A DNA stretch of 64,000 nucleotides from Octopus sinensis (GCF_006345805.1 NC_043000.1:111972001-112036000), one strand, 5' to 3'; shown: positions 1-14,339, numbered from the stretch's first letter. Numbers and translations: made by a program. Notes: generated by a model not told the origin, from the letters alone.

Positions 1-77
1 AAAAAAAAAACCCACAAGCACTGTATATATTTACTATTTTTAAATCTCGCAACAAGAGATATTCAGCAACAGCACTT

Positions 78-388
78 TGGAGTAAAGATTGTTTGCCAAC
101 ATAACATGGCACTCCTGGTTTAGGATGAATGTTGCTGTAATTTAGCACCAGGAGACATCGTCTCCTGCTGGTTATACATCACGATCTGTGTCCTTATATT
201 TTCAAACAAGGGAATCTAGCACCCCCACTCAGCTCAAAACAATATCTGTGTATTGCGGTTTCTGATATATAAGGATTCAAATCGTGTCATATAGCCAGCT
301 GGAGATGATGTCTCCTGGAGCTAAATTATAGCAACATTCATCCTAAACCAGGACTGCCATGTTATGTTGGCAAACAATCTTTACTCCA
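78..388. mobile_element. Foldback/MITE-like element with about 120-bp terminal inverted repeats
   Basis: tggagtaaagattgtttgccaacataacatggc... at 78 is mirrored by ...gccatgttatgttggcaaacaatctttactcca ending 388; no clear TSD. Confidence 0.75.
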
Positions 389-1099
389 CCATATATATTT
401 GTTCTTCACTTTAGCTTCCTTTCTATTCTTATTTTAGAGTCCTGTGTTTGGAAATCTTTCATCAAACGTCCTGTGACCCTTTCAGTGACTCTCTATCTCA
501 TGTATATCCTCCAGTTCTGTTTAGTCCAGTCTGTCTTTCTATGGTGTGTTTCCTTATTTGCACATGTGTTTGCATCTGTATCCGTGTGTGTATGTTTATA
601 GGTTTGCTTACTATACTGTTTGTATCTGTGCACTTAATTAGTGAATTAATTATGTGACAATTAATGAGAGCTGCCATCAACAACAGGCAGTGGGTTTCAC
701 TAAAAGGAAAAACTAGAACATCTATTCCCATTAGCAAAGAACTAGCAATAGAGGGTAGTTGTGTATGAATTAGTCAAAAGATTAGATGAGTTCCATTGAT
801 GAGATATTGTATATGACATATTTGTTGGTAAGCTTGGCTCTTAACCTTTTCTTCAATGTCAAACACAACTTGGAATAAGCTGAAATGGCTATTCCAATTT
901 ACAAAGCTATGCACTCATTGGAAACATCGTTGAAGATTTTGGCATCAGTTCTCACTAACAGATTGGCACTTGTTGCTGCTAGTGTAGTTGGAGATGCCTT
1001 AACTTGACAATCCTTGACACATTTACCCGTTTATGTGTGGGTTTGGAATAGATTAGGCTTCAGTGGGGCCCTGGTCAATCTGGATCAGTCCAAAACTTG

Positions 1100-1960
1100 T
1101 GACAGGGTCAACCATCACTTCTTTCCACTTCATGCCTAAGTGGCACATAAGGCTCCCACTCTTTCTACTCCTCCTCCCCCCTCACTCTCATCCCATGCTT
1201 CCCAGTTGATGGCTTTGGTTCTCATATAGTTCCATGTTCCCCATTTGCCAACTTGCTCCTCTTTTTCAACAATTCTTCTCCATACTTCCTCCTTTCCTCA
1301 GAGGCCCAAGACATGACTCACAGTCGTTGTTGAGAGCTTTCCTCAGGGTGTGGCCAATATCCACCTCCTTCTCCACACTTCACTGTTCATGCTCTCCATC
1401 CTAGCTTTCTCTCTCTCTCTCTCTCTCCCCTCTCTCTCTTTCTCTCTGCTAAGAGAACCTGGTTTCGGGTACTTTGTCTGTCCCTTGCAGGGGATGAACT
1501 CCATGATTACACCACCATACCACATCATCGTGAGAATTCCTTCTGGACGCAGGGCTGAGTGGATGTGACTTTGGTCATGGCTAATACAGCACAGGTGCAA
1601 ACAACCAGCATGATATCAAACATGGCTCGTTTTTTTAATCCTTCAGTCAGGGAGGAAGGCAGTGCCTCTAACCCTTTACAGGGCTGTCCCCAAGACTAGT
1701 GGCAGAAAAGGAGGAAGCTTTCTTCAAACAGAAAACCTGGATCAAATGCTTGCAACAGAAAAGTCTTCTGAGTTCATCTTCGCTTTTTCAAAGGTTTTAT
1801 TTTTTTATTATGAGTCCAAAAATGACCCTCCTTACCAAGCGAGCTTTAGTGAGAGTTCTAATTTAGACATTGATGATTTGACTCTACACAAGTTGTACCC
1901 ACTTACATGATTACCACATTGCAGATCTACTAATCAGGTCTATGGCCTGACATTATAGAC
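1100..1960 (-). mobile_element. Highly decayed RTE-clade LINE 3' fragment
   Basis: Remnants IGHTLRK, WRRIVEKE and GALCAT in shifting frames; interrupted by (CT)n. Confidence 0.55.
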
Positions 1961-2135
1961 AGGAATGATTAATTAAGAAACTCTCATGGGTGCCTGATCA
2001 ATATCCTACTCAGCAATCTGTTTTAATAATATCTTTCTAGATGGATGGATGTATGTGCAGTATACATTGCTATAAGTGTACAGTGCATTGTGTGTTTGTA
2101 TGTATGTGTATGTTTCTCCCCCCTCCCTCTCTTTC

Positions 2136-2168
<33 letters not shown>

Positions 2169-2228
2169 TATGTACGTGTATGTGTGTATGTTTCTCCCAC
2201 TTCCCTCTCTTTCATATATATATATATA

Positions 2229-2262
<34 letters not shown>

Positions 2263-2832
2263 GTGCAGGCATGGCTGTGTGGCATGAAGCTTGCTTCCAT
2301 CTGAAGAAGCCATGTTTCTCTTCTAATACACAGCACCTTTTTCTGACCCTCAATACTACTCCCCCACCCCCGCCAATTGAGGGGGTGGTCTTGTCCTGCA
2401 AGTTATTTGGTGACTTCACTGTAAAAAAAGCACCCAGTAACACTTTGTAAAGTGGTTGGTGTTAGGAAGGGCATCCAGCTGTGGAAACCATGCTAAAGCA
2501 GACAGCAGTGCTTGGTGTAGTCTTCTAACTTGCTTAGCTCCTGTCTAACTGTCCAACCCATGACAGCATGGAAAACGGACATTAAATGATAATGATGATG
2601 ATATACACTCCATATCCATCACTGACAAGTGAGTATTATGACCTGGTTGTATGTACCATTCTTTTGCAAATTGTTTTAGGTGCCTCTGTTATCCTAGGTA
2701 GACAGGTACATTCCTGACCCCTTGATCCAGTGGAACATAAAGAACATGACCGATTGAGTGACCCTGATTGTTGGCTGGGACTTATTGTCAGCCGAGTAGA
2801 CTGGAGTATCACAAAATGACATGCCTTACTCA

Positions 2833-3140
2833 CAGGGCTGTGGAGTCAGAGTCATGGAGTCAGAGTTGGAAACTATTAAAGGGTAGCTGGAATGGAGTCA
2901 GAGTCGGTAAAACTATACTGACTCTGATTCCGACTCTCAATATGTCTTTATTCTTTAATATAAACCAGTTATAACATATAGGCTGACTCAAAGTACAAGT
3001 GTATGCATATGCTTTATGAGATATGTAGACCACAATCAATTACATTAAGAGGAGTCAGAATCAGAATTGGAGTCAAAGGTGCCAATTCTACAAGAGTCAT
3101 AGTCGGAGTCAAAATTTTTTGTTTCAACTCCACAGCTCTG
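2833..3140. mobile_element. hAT-type MITE with internal GGAGTCAGAGTC repeats
   Basis: TIR CAGGGCTGTGGAGT / ACTCCACAGCTCTG; perfect 8-bp TSD CTTACTCA (2825-2832, 3141-3148). Confidence 0.85.
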
Positions 3141-4299
3141 CTTACTCAAAGAATCAAACCAATAATTTTATTTTTCTCCTTATATATACCAGTGATTTAC
3201 AAAAGGTGAGTGAAAGCATCAAAACTGACCAGGCTGAATCGACCTATCTCGATTATCTGACTAGCTAAACAGGCAGGAAGAAATGGAAGAGGGTACTTTT
3301 CCCTTTGATGAGCCAGAGAAATCTGGGGTACCCTGAATAACCTTGTTTTCCCAATGTTTTATTGTCATCTATAGTTTTTGTCTTTCACCTTTGTACTGAC
3401 CTCAATGTGTTGGTCTCTTAAGGACCCAATGACAGGTCATTATCATGGTTGCCTCCCTTGTATTAAAAGCTGCAGCCAGAGGGTGCCACTTGTATTAGAA
3501 TTATTATGAATTTGCTAAAAGCTAGCTGAGAAGGGCCTCTGCTCAGCATTTATCTGTTAATGAGCTGGAAGAGAGCAGTTGTTTTTAATATTTAGGGTAA
3601 TTGGTCCCTAGGTAGTTATTCTCCTTATTGAGTCATCTTGTTTTGCATTCTTTTGTTTACTTGTGTTTTCTGTTACGGCTTTTCTGTTTCTCATAATCGT
3701 TTCTCCATAAGCACCAACAGTTGTTGTGATTTCTCCTTATAGTGTTGCTTGCTTTTGTAACAAAAAGAACAAAAAAAAAGTTTTATTTAGCATCAGACAA
3801 AAATGCATAGTGTTATTTATTGTGACATTTTACATTCTAAGTTCAAATCCCAGTGGAATCAGCTTTTGCCACTGAGACAAATAACATATAGTATCAACCA
3901 AGTACTGGAACTGATGTAATTGAGTACCCCTCCCCTTAAAATTTCTGGCCTTGTGCCAAAATCTGAAACCACCATCATCATCATCACCGTCAACATCATC
4001 ATCATCATTCTCATCACCACCACCATCATCATCATTCTCATCATCTTCATCATCATCATCATCTCCATCATCACTGTTATCATGAAGGAGGCAAGCTGGC
4101 AGAATTCTTACTCCACCATACAAAGTGCTTAGTGGTATTTCGTCTGTCTTCACATTCTGAGTTCAAATTACACTGAGGTCATCTTTGCCTTTCATCCTTT
4201 TAGAATTGATGAAATATGTTCCAAATGAACCCTGGGAGAGCTGATGAAATTAACTAGCCCCTCCCCACAAATTTCAAGCTTTGTGTCTATAGCAGAAAG

Positions 4300-4300
4300 G

Positions 4301-4339
<39 letters not shown>

Positions 4340-4866
4340 GAATGAGAAAGCAGCACATACCATCAAAGTGACAATAGGGTACAAATATATGAAGCCCTAT
4401 ATAGCCATCATGACTACTTGTCTGATAAGGTTACATGCATCACAACTATATGTGCACAACATGATGGTCTCACATCAAGAAAAATAATGTGTGACCTGGA
4501 AGGAGGGGCCCAGTTAGAATTTTCCACAGGTGGAGTAACCCATCCCATTCAAAAGGTCCCTGAATAAGATTTGTTTAAGGATGATGAATAAAACACCCGT
4601 GTTTCCAGAAGTGAATTATTGAAATCCCAAGGAATTTCTCTCAACACATGGCTTTGATACTCCCCCACTATTTCTGTTTGTGATCAGAGATGCACATATC
4701 GTCAGCCACCAAGGGACTTGGTCAACTGGATAAGGTCAAGCAAATCTGTGGTACTGAGCAGAATATTTGCTGTAGCCCATCTTTTATACCAAGGCAAAAC
4801 AATGTACATGATAACACTTTCAATTGTTAAGATCAGAAGCTATGGGAGCCACTGTCTGGTACTACA
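4300..4866 (-). mobile_element. Family E copy, inverted relative to 9641-10225
   Basis: Shared blocks such as GCAGAATATTTGCTGTAGCCCATCTTTTATACCAAG; (TTA)n tail at 4300-4338. Confidence 0.7.
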
Positions 4867-6249
4867 CCAGGCCTTTTATCATAATTATTATTTTTGTCAT
4901 CATCATCATCATCAACATCATTGTTATCGTCGTCGTCGTCATCATTATTATTATTTTCACAATATAAAAATATTTATAGAAATTGGCCTGATCTACAGTT
5001 TGAACTCACAACCTGATGATGACTCAGCAGTGTAGGCCATACCTATGTGAGGAAATCAGCTATGATGACAAGAAAATATGTTGGCTGATGGATCTAACCC
5101 ACTTTCTGATTACATAATATATTGATGAGTCATAGCTCTATTACCTTGACAACTGAGTCTGTTTACAGCTGTGAGAATGGCAGTCGTAGCAGTGATGGTG
5201 GGAGATGCACTGATAACACAGCTGGCGATTGAAAATCTATATTTGGTATGACTTAACATTCAGGACAGTATTTTATATGTGTGTATCATTCATTATATAT
5301 ATATATACTTATATAATTTATAATATCAAAGGGTAATCTGAAATATTAGAAATTTCCATTACCAGTGGTCTAGCATGTAAAAATTTAGTCAATAGACTAT
5401 ATATTATTCATATAAATACAGTGTACATTTAAACACATAAGAAGCATCCTTCATAGGACTATCTGCATGCTAGAGAGGACAGTTAAATTCTAAACCACTA
5501 TTTGCAAACCTTCTGGCAGACATTGCCTTGAAAGGTGTGCACAGACATATAGGCAGAAAAGTTGGTGGATGTACATTTTCCATGGGTTTGCAGGTGAGAT
5601 TTGAACCCAGCAAAAGAAAGCATAAGCATATTAAAAGGGGTCCATGGGAAAACTCATTGAAATAAAAAGGTTGGGAACCACTGTGAAAAGGTTAGGAACT
5701 GCTGCTCTAACCCCTCAACTGGCACAAAGCCGCTTATGCAGTTCCACTCCCTCTGCCACCTGAGAGGTCTTCAACTTGCCAGTTACCTAGCAACCCCACT
5801 GGCACCAACATAGAAAGCACCCGGTACTTTCTGTTGTGTGGTTGGCATTAGGAAGGGCATCCAGCCATAAAAGCCATACCAAAGCAGACAGTGAAGCGTG
5901 ATGCAGTCTTTTGGTTTACCAGTTCCTGTCAAACCGTCCAACCCATGCCAGCATTGGAGACAGATGTTAAATAATGATGACTGATGTTTAGCCTCTGAAA
6001 CAACCTTGACTGAACAAACCTATGATTGAAGACATTCCAGCCTTGGCCATCCTATCGTTTTAAGGGTATCTATGATTGTATTATCTAATGTGTCCTTCCT
6101 TGTTTTATGACAGTGGGGGCGATTTGAGAAAGAGATTTGGCTGCTGCTTCCAGTATGTTAAGCAACCACATACAGGTTCCCTCATATAAAGAGGCTCCCT
6201 TTATAAAAGTAATAACAGTAGAGAATGATAGAGGCTCACACAGACACAT

Positions 6250-7030
6250 GCACACACACACACACACACACCACACACACACACACACACACAGATCACA
6301 TTCTCAGATACAGAGAGATACTTACACCCACTTATAACTTTACACACATAAACATACACATACATACATATACACATACACACGCACATACACAAACATG
6401 AATATATATACACATACACACATACATATATACACATGCACACACATATATACACATGCACACAGATACATATATATACATATACACATACATACACATA
6501 CACACACATATATATACACACATACACATACACACACACACACTCACACACACACACACACACACACATAACACAGAGACATGTGTGGCTGTGTGGTAAG
6601 AAGTTTGCTTCCCAACCACATGGTTTTGGGTTCAGCCCCACTCTGCAGCACTTTGAGCAATTGTCTTTTTTTTGTCCAGGTTGACCAAAACCATGTGAAT
6701 GGATTTAGTAGATGGAAACTGAAAGAAGCCTGTCGTATGTATGTGTCTGTGTCTGTGTGTTAATGTCTCCTTTCTTTGGTTTCAAGTGATTGCTGTAAAC
6801 GAGTGTCACCCTCATGCAAGCGGTGTCCTTTTCCAGTCTTCCAAGAAAACATGTCTGGTCATCGACAAAGATTATTACCTTAATTGGAAACAAATGAGGG
6901 TTGGTGATAGGAAGGACATCCAGCGAGGGAGAATCCCTCCCCCCACCATCAACAAATTCTGTTCGACCCATGCAAGCATGGAAAAGGGGATGTTAAATGA
7001 TGATGAAGATGATGATGATGATGATGAAGA

Positions 7031-7062
<32 letters not shown>

Positions 7063-7240
7063 ATCATGATACTGGTGATGGTGGTGGTAGTGATGATGAT
7101 TTTGATGATGGTGTTGGTGATGTTAAGGACGATGATGACGACAATGATGATGATGATGTTAAGTGGTGATGATGATGACGATGTTGATAGTGATGATGAT
7201 TATGATGATGACTTTGATGATGATAATGGTTACATACACT
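6250..7240. repeat. (CA)/(CATA)n tract 6250-6580 and (GAT/GGT)n tract 7005-7240
   Basis: Direct reading. Confidence 0.9.
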
Positions 7241-8128
7241 TCCATTTGTACTAATGTGTATTTAATTAACAATGGTGTGTGTTTGTATGTGTGCACGTAT
7301 GTATGTGTATGTATGTGTGTGTATACGTTTGCGGCTGCTCCTTGTGGTTAATTGCTTTCTTAATCTAACTAAAGCCAGCTCAGCAGTCTTGTGTGTGGGA
7401 GTGCACAAGTCCTCAGTGCTTGTATGTGTATTTATATATATATATATCTGTGTGTGTGTATGTGTGTATATATGCATGTTTTTAAAGAGAGATTTAATTG
7501 CTATTTCTAGCAATTTCCCTATTAGCTCTATGCTAAGTGTGTGTGTGTGTGTGTGTGTGCGTGCGTGTGTATTTATCTTTCTTTTGCTCTTTCTTTCATC
7601 TCTCTCACTCCTCCCCCTCTCTTTTCTCTCCCTCCCTCTCTCCCTTTCTCTCTTCTCTTCCTCCTTTCTCCTTCCTCTTTCTTCCTCTCTCTCTCTCTCT
7701 CTACATATATACAGGGGTGTGTTTGCAAAAAGTAGGCATAAACTAAATATCACTTCAATGTTATAATACTTAATTCATTAAAATTATTGGCTCTTTAAAT
7801 GAGTTTGCCTCATTTTTACTATTTTCAGTGTCGTTAATTTATTATAATACATATTTTATAATTTATCTTAACTATAATAACACTTTTATCGTAACTTTTA
7901 ATTTTTTTGATAAAGGTAAATGAATATTGCACATGTTTTCTTTTTTTCATAATTGTACACCTACTTTTGCATCCACCCTGTACACACACACACAATCACA
8001 CACACATACACAAACTCTCTTTCTCTTTCTCACACACATACATACACACCAACATGTGAGTGCATACACACACACACACAAACTCTCTTTCTCTCTCTCA
8101 CACACACATACACACCAACATGTGAATG

Positions 8129-8173
<45 letters not shown>

Positions 8174-8569
8174 GTGTCTATGTATTTATGAAAGAAAGCT
8201 GGAGATCACATGATAACTATATTAGTTAAACTAAGATGATGGTGGTGGTGTTGGTGGTGGTGGTGGTGGTGGTGGGAAGGTTTAGCACAGATTATTTCTT
8301 CTCTTCACTATCCTCCCCTTCCTCTCCCTCCCTCTCCCTCTCTCACACACATGTATTTGTTTTTTGTTTTGTTTTGTTTTGTAACTTGGTTTATTGCAAA
8401 TCTATATTTTTACTTTTGATGACAATGTTTACGTTAAATATAATCTCTTCTGCTTCGAATCTTGGTGGTTGTTTTCTCAGCCATTAACGACGAAACAACT
8501 AAAATAACAAACAAAATCTGTTTAACGACTTCACTTCCTGAAATATTTCATACAAGTAAGTGTACAGGA

Positions 8570-8607
<38 letters not shown>

Positions 8608-9640
8608 GTGTGTAGGAATGGCTGTGTGGTAAGAAGCTTGCTTCTCAAACACATGCTTCTGGGTTCATTCCCACTGCATGGCATCTTGTTCAAGCGTCTT
8701 CTACTATAGCCCCGGGCTGACCAAAGCCTTGTGAGTGGATTTGGTAGATGGAAACTGAGAGAAGTCCATCATGGTGCTCCAGTATGGTCACAGTCATTGG
8801 ACTGAAACATATAAGTGAATAAAAGATATATATATATATATATTCTTTTGTGTGTGTGTGTCTGTGTTTGCCCCCCCCCCCCGCCACCGCCTGACAACCA
8901 GTGTTGGTGTGTTTATGTGCCTGTAACTTAGTGGTTTGGCAAAAGAGATCGATAGAATAACTAGGCTTACAAAGAATAAGTCCTGGGGACCGCAGTCAAA
9001 TGACTGAAACCAGTAAAAGAATAGATCAATTTTAGTTTTTATGTTATAATGCATGCAAAATGTTGGATCAAGGTCTAAATTTCAGGGAAGGTTTAAGTCG
9101 ATTACATCGACCCCAGTGCATAACTGGTACTTATTTTATCGACCTCCGAAAGGATGAAATGCAAAGCTGATCTCAGTGGAATGTGAATTCAGAACATGAA
9201 TACAAATGAGAAACTGTGAAGCATTTTGCGTGGTGAGATGACGATTCTGACAGCTTTTCAGTTATAATAAAAACAATTTTACATTAAACTGAAGAATTAC
9301 TCAATACATGTGGTAGAGTATATATTTAGTATAATTTTGCAAGAAGAGTGGTGATAGTGACTTCAAAGTTTTAGCCTGCTTGCCTTTTTTGGAGAGTATG
9401 ATGGAGGTTAATAGACTGAAACTTTGAAGTCACTGTAACTACTCTGCTTATAACACACATATTATAATTAATGTGTGTGTGTTTTGTGGAAACCTCTTAT
9501 AGTTATCATTTTGAAATGAAGTGAAACCCTTTAGATAACAGTTACTGATTAACATTGAACAAAAGATATAACAATGTCCTGAGTATGCTTGTTAACTATA
9601 ATAATAATAATAATAATAATATTATTACTATTATTATTAT

Positions 9641-10182
9641 GTAGTACCAAGCAATGGCTCTCGTGGCTTCTGATCTTAACTGATTGGAAGTTGATTTACA
9701 TTATTTTGTCTTGGTATAAAAGATGGGCTACAGCAAATATTCTGCTCAATACCACAGATTTAATTGTCAGTTGTCTGACCATAACCATTTGAGCATGTCC
9801 CTTAGTGGTTTGACTATATGTGCATCTCTGATCACGAGCAGAAATAGTGGGGGAGCATCATAGCCATGTGTTGAGAGGGATTCTTTGGGGTTTGAATAAT
9901 TCATCTCTGTCAACATGGATGTTTCATTCAACATCCTTAAACAACCCTTATTCAAGGACCTTTTGAGCGGGATGGGTTACTTGACCAGAAGAAAATTCTA
10001 GCTAGGCCTCACTTGCAAGGTCATGTTCTGCTTATCTTGATATGAGATCACCATGTCATGCACATATGGTTGTGATGCATGTACCTAATGTACCCTTATC
10101 AGATGGGTAGTCATGATGGGTGTACCAGGCTTTGTATATTTTACCCCAGTGTCATTTTGATGACACACTCTGCTCTCTCACT

Positions 10183-10213
<31 letters not shown>

Positions 10214-10225
10214 AATAATAATAAT
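9641..10225 (+). mobile_element. Family E retroelement-like repeat, about 550 bp, (TAA)n tail
   Basis: Reverse-complement homologue at 4300-4866. Confidence 0.7.
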
Positions 10226-10883
10226 TTAATATTATCTCTGATCAGAAGCAGCTTCTTCAATGCTCTCTCACACACTCTAACAAGCACACACACTAACAAG
10301 CACACTCACTCACATGCACATACACACACACACCACTCACAGACACATAAATATTTATAGATGTGTGTGTGTGTTTATGAATGATTAATAAACTAAAGTA
10401 TGAGAACAACATGTTTATGGATAAATTTGTCAATAAATTTACACATGCAAATAAACTCGTGTCTTTTATCTTTCTTTTGTTTCAGCCATTGGACTGTGGC
10501 CATGCTGGGGCACCACCTTGAAGGTTTTTAGTAAAAAAAAAAAGTCAACCCTAGTACTTACTTTTTTAAAGCCTGTTACAGATTTTATTGAATTCTTTTG
10601 CCAAACTGCTAAGTTACAGGGAGGCAAACAAACCAGTACCAGTTTTCAAGTCGTAGTGGGGGACAAAAGCAAACATAGATAGATATATATATATATATAC
10701 ATCATAAGGCACAGGTGTGGCTATGTGATCAGAAGCTTGCTTCCCAACCACATGGTTCTGGGTTTAGTCCCACTGTGTGGCACCTTGGACAAGTGTCTTC
10801 TACTGTAGCCTTCAGCCGACCAAAGCCTTGTAAGTGGATTTAGTAGACAGAAACTGAAAGAAGCTCATCATGTATGTTTGTGC

Positions 10884-10921
<38 letters not shown>

Positions 10922-11109
10922 TTATATGCGTGTGTCTGTGTTTGTCCCCGCCACTTGACAACCAATATTGATGTGTTTATGCTCCTGAAACTTAGCGGTT
11001 CGGCAAAAGAGACCAATAGAATAAGTACTAGGCTTACAAAGATTAAGTCCTGGGGTAGATTTCTTCGACTAAAGGTGGTGCACCAGCATGGCCACAGTCA
11101 AATGATTGA

Positions 11110-12135
11110 AACATGTAGAAAATAAATATCATCCCTGTACATGTTCATTCCATGGCTGGATAATGGCCTCAGCATCTTCTCTCCACCAACCACTGTCTGA
11201 TGTTTTCTTCATCCGTATTTCAATGCCAAAGTATTTAACAAAGTCTTCATTCCAACTTCTACATGGTCTCCCTTGCATCTTTTTTCTGGACACGGTGTCC
11301 ACTCTATCAGTTTGCTGTTCCATCTATTGTCCTTTCTTCTAAGCACAGGTCCTACAAAAGACCATTTCAGGAATTTTATTTTCCAGATAATATCCATTAA
11401 ACCTGTTGCCACTCTTACCCTTTGCCTCTCCATTTATCCATTTTGTTAATCTCCAGCATTCTCCTTTCTATGGCTCTTTGTGTTGATCTTCATTTATTTT
11501 CAATGCTTTTGTTGGTAGACCATGTTTCTGGTGCATACACAATGGTAGGCAGCGGACACTGCTTGAAGACCTTTCTTTTAAGACGCTTGGGGAAACTTCT
11601 GCTTGTGATGATATACTAAGAGCTCGGGTTGGAATGGAAATGGAAGACTATGTGAAGATATTAGAGGATATAGAACTGTAGCAGCTTTATGCAACAAAGC
11701 AGTTGGTACATAAATTGGTAAAGGAGGGGGACAAGGAGACAAGATGTCACCCAAATTATTCACATCTGTATTAGAAAAGGTTTTTGAAAACTTGTATTGG
11801 TCAGATAAAGGAATAAATGTAAATGGATGCATGTTAAATCATCTCAAATTCACTAATGATGTATTCATTTCCAGGAGTATTAAAGGGTCAACAGAAATGT
11901 TCAGAGAACTAAAAGAAGCCGAAAAATGTGGACTCATAATTAATAATAGTAAAACAAAGATAATCAGCAACCATTTAACAAACAGCTGGAAATATAGTAA
12001 TGGATGATGAAAATAGCTGAACATGTGACGCAGTACACCTGTCTTGGACAAATAATCTGCTTAAAGGATAAAAATTAGATGAAAGTAATTGAACGACTAA
12101 TAGAATTAGGATGGGCATCTTATGGTAAATTGAAT
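11110..12135. mobile_element. RTE-clade LINE fragment with inverted 5' part
   Basis: About 11616-12135 (+) encodes RT motifs SPKLFTSVLE...GINVNG...HLKFTND...GWASYGKLN; 11110-11615 (-) encodes the continuation YIITS...KRKVFKQC...ETW...KWSFVG...GRP..W. Confidence 0.85.
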
Positions 12136-14339
12136 CACACACACACACACACACACACACATACAAACATATATACACACACACACACATATAGATATAT
12201 AGTGAAAATTTACAATAAAACAAAATATGAAGACAGGTGTGTAAACAACAAACAGACATATTAGTTTAATGCTCAGGAAGTGAGAGAGTCTTTTACGTTT
12301 CAAGTCTACGTTCTTCGACAGAAAGGAATGCAGAAATAAACAGGGAGAAAAAATAAAAAAAGGTTTACTGACTAGTGATCTACCATGGCGAATGCCAGAC
12401 TGAGGTGTCACACAGGAGAGCTAGGAAGGAGGGGAAATAATCAAGTAGTGGTGATCCCAAAATGTGTGGGTGTGTATGTGAGAGTGTATATGTGTGTGAG
12501 TAGATAGGGGCTTGTGACCTTGATGTGTGCGTGTGTGCATGTGTAGGTGTGTGGATGATGGTGTGGGTGCTGGGAAGTGGTCAGTGCTAGTGTGTGCGGG
12601 GTGGTGTGGTGTGGTGTGGTGGTGTTGGGGTGTAGGGGAGGTGAGAGTGGGGGAGCAAGGGTGGGGTGTGGCACCATTCAAGCATGGGTTGATGTCAGTG
12701 CCGCATGACTGGTTCCCATGCTGGCAGCACATAAAAAGCACCCACTACACTCAGAGTGGTTGGTGTTAGGAAGGGCATCCAACTGTAGAAACCTTGCCAG
12801 ATTTGATTGGAGCCTGGCACAGCCTACTGGCTTCCCAGACCCCAGTCAAACCATCCAACCCATGCCAGCATGGAAAACGGATGTTAAACAATGATGATGA
12901 TGATGATGAATAATTGTATGTTATTATCCATTTGATTATAATACACCAAGAGAATTTACGACTTGTCCGACACCCTAGAATACACGAACCACATAATATT
13001 CAAAGTAACACGTGATTTGGACCAGTCCCTAGGTGCTAAGTACTCACAGGGTTGGTTTCTCTGTATACACAGCCAAAATATCCTATCTGATATTTTGACT
13101 CTCAACCACAGAGATTACCCAACCTTACCTGGTGCATACCTTTTCAAGTACCTGGTTCTATCTGAATCCTCATTTTACTATAAATATACATACATACACA
13201 TATACATCTGCACCATCTGATGCCCCTGAACCAGTTGTTGAGTGTCCCACCCAAGAAGAATCAATGCTAGATGTGTCGAAACAACTGTTGTGAATAATAG
13301 TATATTCCATCTTCTGTCTTTCATTTGCTATATACATACATACATACATATCATTATCATCATCATCGTTTAACGTCTGTTTTCCATGCTGGCATGGGTT
13401 GGACTGCTCGACTGGGGTCTAGGAAGCCAGGAGGCTGCACCAAGCTCCAGTCTCATCTGGCAATGTTTCTACAGCTGGATGCCCTTCCTAACCACTCCGA
13501 CAGTGTAGTGGGTGCTTTTTATGTGCCACCAGCACAGGGGCAGAGGAGCTGGCATCGGCCATAATTGGGTGGTGCTTTTTATGTGCTACTGGCATGGAAG
13601 CCAGTCAAGGTGGCGCTGGAATCGGTCATGTTTGGATGGTGCTTTTTACATGCCACCGACACAGAAGCCAGTCAAGGCGGCATTGGCATTGGCCACGTTT
13701 GGATGCTGCCTTTTACATGCCACCGGCACGAGGGTCACAACTACAATTTCCATTTGATTGTAATTTGATTGGATTTGATTTTGATATTGATGTTGATATA
13801 CTTGGCTCAATAGGTCTCCTCAAGCACAAAATCGATAAAAAAAAATGGAGAAGAAATATAAAAGATGCTTGGTTCATTTTATTTGTATCACAATTGGAAA
13901 AGTAATGCAAATTAACAGAATAAAAGATATACCTAAAAGAACAAGTATAAAAAGAACCACATCAACAAAATAACCCAAAATTATCCAAAAAAAAATTCTA
14001 CATATGTTTCAACCCAACAATATGTTTGAATCATAAATAATTGTAACTTTTATAGATGTAATAAACGATATATTGTTAGATCTCTTCAGGAAAAATAAGT
14101 ATATTTTAGTCTTGAGTTACAAAACGACTTATTTGAGGATAGCGTTTAGGAATTCATGTGATTAGAAATTTATTGTTTAAAATTTAACTAATATTGAACA
14201 TTGAAATGCCCCTAAAACATTGAATTTATTTGAAAAATATATCTATTACTATGTTTCAATTTAAATTTAAATATATTTATTTATAAAGGTTTATGTGAGG
14301 GAGATGATAAAAAGACAGATGTAAATTATCATGAGGGGT

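Noticed and set aside
3390-3765. Solo LTR (ends TGTAACA)
   Set aside because: No matching 5' end, TSD or second copy could be identified.
8444-8484. Minus-strand ATG (MAEKTTTKIRSRRDYI) as the start of a divergent gene
   Set aside because: Stop after 16 codons, no donor before it, and no downstream minus-strand exons found in 1-8400.
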